From Eledone cirrhosa (taxonomy: Eukaryota): 64,000 nucleotides of DNA. Every line of letters begins with the position of its first letter. The stretch's first letter is position 1. The DNA is taken from positions 16,182,001 through 16,246,000 of the forward strand of contig OZ024750.1 of the NCBI GenBank assembly GCA_964016885.1, written 5' to 3'. This document shows positions 54,270 to 64,000 of the stretch, piece after piece. The notes below the pieces were generated by a model. That model was not told the DNA's origin, did no database searches, and worked only from the letters and a program-made list of their open reading frames with translations. The translations under genes and the position numbers were made by a program.

Positions 54270-55055
54270 AGGAACAAAAGGTTACTTGATAAAGTGTATT
54301 TAGAAATAAAAGGAGAAACAAGGGACAGGTCCCCTCTTCAGTTGTCTACTGAGGGTCTCCGACATTTCAACGCATCAAATATGTATATATATATATATGT
54401 ATATATGTGTATGTGTGCGTGTGATTGTATACACACACACATACATATATATATATGTATATATGTATGGATGTATGGATGTTTATGTATAAACGTGAGG
54501 GAGAGAGAGAGAGAGGCACACAGAGAGATAGAGTAACACAATAAGCGAGATGAGCGAGATGAGCGAGAAGCCGAAGAAATATTCGATCACGCGAGACTTA
54601 TATTCTCACGGTATAAGAAGATTTCATGTTAAATGCAGAAAAGAAAGAAAATTATTTAATTCCCAATTCCAGATAAAAAGAAACAAAGAAACAAAGACCC
54701 CCCCCCCCCCCCCAAAAAAAAAATCGAAAAAAAAAAAAAAAAAAAAAAAAAAATTCGTAGATCTAAGGTTTGCATTTGAGCTGATCTGTGAAATATCGAT
54801 AATGTTGAAATTCAAAGTAGATGAAGCTGATCAACCACCCATTACATGGCACCACCACCATATCAATGTGTATATATGGAATTAAACGTATAAGAAACAT
54901 TTTCACGAAATAAATACTATTTGGAATCTTTTTTTTTTTCTTCATGGCTGCTTATGTTTCTTTTATATAGATGAGATTGCAATACAAATCGAAAATCGAT
55001 TGAGGTTGTTCATGATGAAGAAATTGGTAAACATGTATATAATTTTGTATATTCG

Positions 55056-55092
<37 letters not shown>

Positions 55093-55206
55093 AGTGTGTG
55101 TGAATGTGTGTGCGTGTGTTTATATGCGCATCCACGCAGTTTCGGTTAATGCTGTAATGTATCTGTACATACATACTGACACACAGGTATGTATGTATGT
55201 ATACAT

Positions 55207-55237
<31 letters not shown>

Positions 55238-55264
55238 CATATATACATACATATACATATATAC

Positions 55265-55299
<35 letters not shown>

Positions 55300-55305
55300 C
55301 ATATA

Positions 55306-55371
<66 letters not shown>

Positions 55372-55421
55372 CATATATATATATATACATACATATATAT
55401 ATATATATATACATACATATA

Positions 55422-55462
<41 letters not shown>

Positions 55463-55482
55463 ATACATACATATATACATAC

Positions 55483-55529
<47 letters not shown>

Positions 55530-55534
55530 TATAA

Positions 55535-55573
<39 letters not shown>

Positions 55574-55629
55574 TATATATATATACAATATATTAATAAA
55601 TGGAAACTATATTTATAAAACCATATTTA

Positions 55630-55690
55630 TTTCATTATACATATTTCAAGGACACCAAAGCAAATTATGGTGCGCTTTCGTCAGATAAAA
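55630..55690 (-). ncRNA. Type I hammerhead (28.8 kb family)
   Basis: UUUUAU CUGACGA AAG-C-GCACCA..UGGUGU-C-CUU GAAA UAUGUA UA AUGAAA. Confidence 0.88.
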
Positions 55691-55845
55691 TATAATATAG
55701 ATCAGTTTTATCAACAAATATTGACATACGCTTAAAAGAATGCGACCATGTCTGTTGGAAGCTCCAACAAATTAAATATAACTTCTACATATCTACATAT
55801 ATATATATATATAAGTACATTGTACCTGTTGAAGTATCCATCCAC

Positions 55846-55885
<40 letters not shown>

Positions 55886-56108
55886 TTTAGGGGTCGTGAC
55901 GTCAAGTTACTGTAGGTTCACTAATGTGACCACTGGATGCATAGACTTCAGTATGTACTTAGGGGTTATACTAAGCAGAGTGTAAAATTCAGTCATTGCG
56001 CTGACAGAAGTTTGATGAGGTTTTGATTCCAGAGTCAAGCCTGATCGATACAGATGGAAACTTGAGCTGATCAACGTAGTGAAAATTTGACTCCCCGTTC
56101 ATACACAC

Positions 56109-56234
<126 letters not shown>

Positions 56235-56270
56235 TATATATATATATTCAACCATCTGACAGAAAGGTAT

Positions 56271-56313
56271 ACGATGCTGACGATAGCTAATAATCTTGAA
56301 ACTAGTACATCGT
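56271..56313 (+). ncRNA. Type I hammerhead (43.8 kb family)
   Basis: ACGAUG CUGACGA UAGCUAAUAAUCUU GAAA CUAG UA CAUCGU; stem II is weakened. Confidence 0.78.
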
Positions 56314-56580
56314 TCCTGTGTCAGTGTTGATCAAAAAGGTGACGATGGTTGCCTGAACACTGTACGACGTAATTCGGGCTGTTTGTTTACAAACAAACCT
56401 AGCATTATAATAAATGTTCGGTAAACCCATACGTAAATATATATATGTGTGCATGTATGTATATATATACATAATACTGTACGTCTGTATACATATATGT
56501 ATGTATGTATACATACATACTTACATTTAAGTACCAGCCGTACTAAGAGTAAGAAATGAAATTTCGTTTCATTCTTTTCC

Positions 56581-56622
<42 letters not shown>

Positions 56623-57447
56623 GAGAGGTATAGAGATTGTTTTAGCGAGAAGCTAATAGTATTCTATAACATATATGCGACTATAACGTCAAGATGGGAA
56701 AAGTAGTTAACGTAAGATTTAGGAAAAATAATTCAAACTCATCTCAAAAGAGAATCAGGATATAAATTCATCCACAGAATTTAGTGAAATCCAGGGAAAA
56801 ATCAATAGACCTTTAACTCATATATATATTTATCATATCTATATGAATTAATATAAATTTATCCCTATAAATATACCTATCAATTAAATTAATTTAATTT
56901 CTTTTTATAGATCTATATTCCTTATGTTTTAAATAAGATTGATATTTTTCACTAACACATTTATAGTAAAATTTTATTCTCCTTAGATTTTAACATTAGC
57001 ATTATTCTTTAATAACATCAAATTTTCGTGTACCTTTCACCGGCTTGACCTATTTTCATCCCCAAAGTAATCTTTTCATTCAAAATACTCTTTCCATTCA
57101 AAACTGAAGTCTGCATTCCTCTACCCCTAAATTAAATTTCTACTACTACTATTCTATCAACTTGACCACTTACTACTTTTCTATTGGTCAATTCAAAACC
57201 TGTTCCCAAACAGACCTATTATATTAAATCTTTGTTGGTTTTTTTCAATAAACAAATATCATTATTTCTGAAGACAACATATATATGTCTAGGTATGTAT
57301 ATTCCCTCTGATAGTTTGTAAAACTTTTACATAGATCTATATGATATACATACCAACACACACATATATATCCTAGAAACGATCGTAAAATGATGAATTT
57401 TTTAATATAAGGAACTGTTTCTTTGTTTTTATTCATTATTTTTATTA

Positions 57448-57503
<56 letters not shown>

Positions 57504-57519
57504 GGAGAGAGAGAAAGAG

Positions 57520-57760
57520 GTAGTACACTGGAAGGTAATATCCGTAGTGGTAGAGCACTCAGTCCATGGGACGAGTTAGGTAGAAGTGGTAACACAACAG
57601 TTAGTTCACCATACCGAGAACAATTATTTCACCTTAGCGGATCCTCAGCTTGTAATGGACATGTCCTTCCTGTTCCGTATAACCATGTCCATTACGAGTT
57701 GAGGATCCGCTAAGGTAAAACAATTGTTCTCGGTATGGTGAACTAACTGTTGTGTAACCA

Positions 57761-57763
<3 letters not shown>
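57520..57763 (-). mobile_element. Inverted pLTR (arms 57584-57663 / 57684-57763) plus tail; hammerheads at 57615-57652 (-) and, decayed, 57695-57732 (+)
   Basis: Consensus of the two arms: CGAG CUGAGGA UCC-GCUAA-GGU GAAA CAAUUG UU CUCG. Confidence 0.8.
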
Positions 57764-57827
<64 letters not shown>

Positions 57828-58379
57828 GTGGTGTATAAATATATATATATATATATATAAGTGGTGTATAAATATATATATATATATATTTATACACACA
57901 CGCACGCGCGCGCGCACACATATATATAAATAGAAAAAAACTACTTATTGTTTTTACTCATGTTTTTAGTATTATGAAACTATATTTATATAATATATCA
58001 TTATCATTATTATTATTATTGTTATTAATGTTAATTATTTCGTTGTTTTTATGTTTTATTATTGTTATTGTTTACTTTTTTTGTATCTACTTAAATAGAG
58101 AACATAGTTTTTGCAAGTCTCTTTGTGGTAAGTGGAGTTATGTAATAAATATGATTGTGGTTATGTTATAAATATGTTTGACAGTTATGTAAAACTTATG
58201 TAAAACTTCATTTATCATTTATGTATATAAGAGTTACCTGATGAAGGAAAGTGATGATAGTTAATATTAAATGAGATAAGAGTAATATAGGGCAGGTGAT
58301 GTTGTGTAATATATATTAAATGGAGTGTCGAAATACAAATGATGGGGTTATGTAATACAGGTGATGGTAATAGTGTAAT

Positions 58380-60800
58380 AAGATGTGACGGAGTTATGTT
58401 ATAAATTGTGATGGAGTTATTGTTATAAAATATGATTAAGCTATGTTAAAATGTGTTATAGTTATTTAATGAAATGTGACGAACCCATGTTATAACATGT
58501 GACGAAGCTATGTTATAAAACGTGACGAAATTATGTTGTAAAATGTGACGAAGTTGTGTTATAACCTGTGACGGGTTATGATATAAAATGGGATATAACT
58601 GTGCTGTAAAATGCGACGAATCTATGTGATAAAATGTGACGGAGTTATGTTTTAAAATGAGACGAAGTTATGTAATAAACTGAGACGAAGCAATGTTATA
58701 AAATGAGACGAAGCTGTGTTATAAAATGTGACGAAATTATGTTATAAAATGTGATGAAGCTATGTTATAAAATATGACGAAATTATGTTATAAAATGTGA
58801 CGAAGCTATGTTGTAAAATGAGACGAACTTATGTAACAAAATGAGACGAAGCTATGTTATAAAATGAGACGAAGCTATGTTGTAAAATGAGACGAAGTTA
58901 TGTAATAAAATGAGACGAAGCTATGTTATAAAATGTGACGAAGCTATGTTATAAAATGAGACAAAGCTATGTTATAAAATGTGACGTAATTATGTTATAA
59001 AATGTGATGAAGCTATGATATAAAATGTGACGAAGCTATGTAATAAAATGAGACGAAGCTATGTAATAAAATGAGACGAAGCTATGTTATAAAATGAGAC
59101 GAAGCTATGTTATAAAATGTGATGAAGCTATGTTATAAAATGTGACGAAGTTATGTTATAACATGTGACGAAGCTATGTTATAAAATGTAACGAACTTAT
59201 GTAACAAAATGAGACGAAGCTATGTTATAACAAGTGACGAATCTATGTGATAAAATGAGACGAAGTTGTGTTATAACATGTGACGGGTTATGATATAAAA
59301 TGTGATAAAACTGTGCTGTAAAATGCGACGAATCTATGTAATAAAATGTGTAATGAAATGTAATGAAATGAGACGAAGTTATGTAATAAAATGAGACGAA
59401 GCTATGTTATAAAATGCAACGAAGATGGTTATAAAATGTGACGGGTTTATGTTATAAAATGTGACGGGTTTACGTTATGAAATATGACAGGGCTATGCTA
59501 TGAAACGTGGCGGGGTTAAGTTATAAACTGTAACGAAGCAATGTTATAGTATATGACGGAGTGAGGGCGGTGGAAAGTGCAGTATCGGTAGAGGGTCGGA
59601 CGCCATGCTTGGCAGCATAGAGTTACGGCCCTTTATGATCTGAGTTCAAATCCCGCCGAGGTTAACTTTGCCTTTCATCCTTACGGGGTAGATAAAATAA
59701 AGTACCAGTCCCGCACTGGGGTCAATTTAATCGACTTTCCCCTCCCTCAAAATTGATGGCCTTGTGCCTATACTAGAAACCATAATATGTGACGGAGTTA
59801 TGAAATAAATATGCGACGACATTATGTAATAAATGTCATATCTCATGGTGTAGAAGATGAGGTTATATAATAAAAGGAAGGTGATGGTGGTTAGGTAACG
59901 ATGTGGTGAAGTTATATCATAAATGTGTAGACATTCTATAATTAACGTGAAGAAAGTATGAAATAAATATATGGTAGTGTGGTGTAGCAGGGGTGTGTAT
60001 GTTATGTAATAAATACATAATTCTTTCTACTTTTGGCACAAGGCCAGAAATTATCTCAGTGCATTACTGGTACTTTATTTTATCGACCCCGTAATGGTGT
60101 GCTGTAGCAGGGGTGCGTATGTGTGTTATGTAATAAATATATGAGGAGGTGGTGAACCAGGGATGTGTATGTTATGTAATAAAAATAAGATGGTGTGGTG
60201 TACCAGGGATGTGTTTGTTATGTAATAAATATATAACGGTGTGGAGTACCGGCGGGAGGTATATGTGTATGTTATGTAATAAATATATGATGTTGTGGTG
60301 TAGCAGGTGTGTGTATGTTATGTAATAAATATATAATGGATGTGGTGTAGCAGGTGTGTTTATGTTATGTAATAAACATATGAGCATGAGGTGTAACACG
60401 GGCGTATATTATGTAATAAATATATGATACAGTGGTGTAGTAGATGCGTTCATATTATGTAATAAATATATAAGGTTTAGATAATATGGAAGTTATATAA
60501 TAAATATATGGTAAAGGCGACGACATTACGTAATGGTAGTTATGCAAATAATGTTCCATGAATTACGTAATAAATATGCGATGTAAGTACATAGTGTTGG
60601 TGACGAGTGTTATGTATTATGATAAATATCTTATGTTACGTAGGTAATAACCGAAGTATGTAATACATGATGTAAATATGTTATATGTAATATACAGGCT
60701 ATGAAGTTATATAGTAAACGAGATGAACGTCTGCACCAATAGTCTAATGAGACGATGTAACATTTTATGTGAAAATATGTTATATAATACAGACGTGATG
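58380..60800 (+). repeat. 23-bp minisatellite (AAAATGWGACGAAGCTATGTTAT)n, interrupted by a SINE (59565-59783) and decaying into ~50-bp units
   Basis: Visible tandem units. Confidence 0.9.
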
Positions 60801-60874
60801 AAATACTAATTGAAATGTTGCTCTTCTTAAAACACATTTCATTAAAATGTTATGCAAAAGGTAGAATACAGCGA

Positions 60875-60929
<55 letters not shown>

Positions 60930-60968
60930 GTACTACTACTACTACTAGTAGTAGTAGTAATATTACTA

Positions 60969-61022
<54 letters not shown>

Positions 61023-61042
61023 GTAATATTACTACTACCAAC

Positions 61043-61103
<61 letters not shown>

Positions 61104-61213
61104 GTAATATTACTACTACTACCACCACCACCACCACCACCACCACCACCACCACCACCACCACCACCACCACCACCACCACCACCACCACCACCACCAC
61201 CACCACTACTACT

Positions 61214-61262
<49 letters not shown>

Positions 61263-61282
61263 GTAGTAATATTACTACTACC

Positions 61283-61380
<98 letters not shown>

Positions 61381-61477
61381 TACTACTACTAGTAGTAGTA
61401 ATATTACTACCACCACCACCACCACCACCACCACCACTACTACTACTACTACTAGTAGTAGTAATATTACTACCACT

Positions 61478-61559
<82 letters not shown>

Positions 61560-61562
61560 GTA

Positions 61563-61592
<30 letters not shown>
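60875..61592 (+). repeat. (ACT/ACC)n with recurring AGTAATATTACT interruptions
   Basis: Visible. Confidence 0.95.
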
Positions 61593-61593
<1 letters not shown>

Positions 61594-61863
61594 AATCAAT
61601 AATGATAATAATAACGATAATAACAGTTGTAATGGTAAGTGTGGTGGTGGAATCGGGGGAAAATGTCCTTGTTGATTGAAGACGCTGGAACGTTGTGTGT
61701 ATATACACAAATGTACACGTATACATACAATCACACACACAGACACACACTCACGCACACACTCACACACACACTCACACACACACACACGCACATATAT
61801 AAATATATACATACTCCCAACCCCCACTATATATATATATATATATATTTATACATGTGTTTA

Positions 61864-61911
<48 letters not shown>

Positions 61912-62079
61912 GTATATATGTACATGTGATATGATATATACATTTATACATACATTTATTGCTGTGTGTACCTGTCTAATACGTCCGTGTATATACGTTT
62001 GTTTTAATCTCACCAGACGATAGATCGGCTGACATGTTAACATTGTAAACAACCAAGTGAACACACGACCCCCCCCCCC

Positions 62080-62270
62080 CCACGCACACACACAACTACA
62101 CACGCAGGCACACTCACACACACACTCACACACACATACTGAAACACAGATATGCATGTATTTATATATATATATGTATGTGTGTGGGTGTAGGTGTGTA
62201 CTTTTACATACATATACACCCCAATTCTTATACACACTTATACACGCACACACATTGCAAGACATGCATG

Positions 62271-62343
<73 letters not shown>

Positions 62344-62530
62344 GCGCGCACACAACTACACACGCAGGCACACACACACACACACACTCACACACACATA
62401 CTGAAACACAGATATGCATGTATTTATATATATATATGTATGTGTGGGTGTAGGTGTGTACTTTTACATACATATACATGCCAATTCTTATACACACTTA
62501 TACACGCACACACATTGCAAGACATGCATG

Positions 62531-62600
<70 letters not shown>
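62080..62600 (+). repeat. ~265-bp tandem duplication in CA-rich sequence
   Basis: The block cacaactacacacgcaggca...gacatgcatgctcaca occurs twice. Confidence 0.85.
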
Positions 62601-63029
62601 TACACACACACACATACTCACATACACTCACACGCATACACATATACTTAACTCCATCTTTGAAGAAGAAAGATGTATCTTATATATACGCACGTTTATA
62701 TAAACAGATGTACACACACATATACGAAGACATGCACTGGGCATAATTATATACACACGTACAGTACATATAACAGAATCACAGAAAATGTCCACATATC
62801 CACATATCCACATATCCACATATAAATGCAGCGCCAACACAGAATATACACAATATCTGAATGTATTTTGTTACGTATTGTATATACGAACGTACATTAT
62901 ACACAGCGAAATTATACACACATATCAACATATACAAATAAACTCAGTTTATACAACATAACCACATAGAAAATACTTACATATGCAGTATATACAAACA
63001 AACGCAGTTAACTGTGCATGGATATATAA

Positions 63030-63090
<61 letters not shown>

Positions 63091-63099
<9 letters not shown>

Positions 63100-63513
63100 T
63101 ATAAAATCAAAAGATGGTTAAAAGAGTTCCATGTATTTTATTATGAGCATTTCAAAAACAAATATCATCATGGGATGATATTTGCGTTCTCATCAGATAA
63201 AATAGGGAGGCATGATATGAAGCTTAAAAAACACTTGCGAGCAGTGAAGTGTTAAATCAACATTGAAGTAAATCAACACTGCTCGCAAGTGTTTTTTAAG
63301 CTTCATATAATGTCTCCCTATTTTATCTGATGAGAACGCAAATATCATCCCATGATGATATTAGTTTTTGAAATGCGCATAATAAAATACATGGAACTCT
63401 TTTAACCATCTTTTGATTTTATATTATTTATACTCCAGTCCTATAAACTGTTGAGTGCTACTTATCCGATATTTGCATTGCTTTATTGTGCTACAATAAA
63501 ACTCACCTCCTAC
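63091..63513 (+). mobile_element. Inverted pLTR (arms 63091-63246 / 63277-63432) plus 81-bp tail; hammerheads at 63321-63387 (+) and 63136-63202 (-)
   Basis: UUUUAU CUGAUGA GAAC...UUUU GAAA UGCGCA UA AUAAAA; same family as 29885-30105. Confidence 0.88.
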
Positions 63514-64000
63514 ACACAAACACACCCATGTACTGTATATACAGACAAACATATATATATATATATATACACATGTACCATATATACAACCCAACCACTA
63601 TACATATATATAGAGACCTGTAAAATGTATACAATACAAACGTATATAGCATGTATTTTGACACAATACAAACATATATAGCATGTATGTAGACACAATA
63701 CACAGATATATAGCATAGATGTTAGACAAACTCTTTAGACATCATAAGGTGTAGTCTACGTGTGTGTTGGGCCTCCGTCGTTTCGGACAATGAATGTTGA
63801 TGCAATCAATGGAACAGCTTACACGTGAAATTAACATACAAATGGCTGAGTATTCCATAGACACGTATCGTCTTAATGTAATCCTTAGATAGATTCGTCT
63901 GGTACAAGGCTGGCGCTTTGAATTACAGGTGCAGTCTATCTTGTAGTATAGTGTTAGTAGTTGAATACAGGGCCTATGAGAGTCCAGCCAGTACTTTGTT

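Noticed and set aside
58380-59560. CRISPR array
   Set aside because: Contiguous tandem units without unique spacers, eukaryotic context, and no cas genes.

Overview
This is repeat-saturated, AT-rich animal genomic DNA. The SINE types and microsatellite load suggest a cephalopod (Octopus-like); that assignment is inference. No host gene is confidently supported, and almost all ORFs in the track are translations of microsatellites. Recognisable content: 5'-truncated non-LTR retrotransposon pieces (R4/Dong-like RLE, Tx1/L1-like, CR1-like, Hero-like), two RTE-derived non-autonomous families sitting in (TATG)n, about 25 tRNA-derived SINE copies or fragments, a non-autonomous Helitron, several minisatellites, a degenerate telomeric tract and a ~4.6-4.8 kb tandem duplication. 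The main signal is more than a dozen type I hammerhead ribozymes with palindromic stem III, from about ten unrelated short elements that mostly sit in (TA)n. Many of these elements form an inverted repeat plus an unpaired tail carrying a shared RCTC...GAGYRCT hairpin. Several carry a fixed-spacing octamer(ATGCAAAT)-34/35 nt-TATATA-hammerhead module. Two show tandem or terminally redundant units (479 and 316 nt) as expected for circular-RNA retrozymes. A Penelope GIY-YIG remnant with its own hammerhead is the plausible mobilising class. All folds were derived by eye, not computed.
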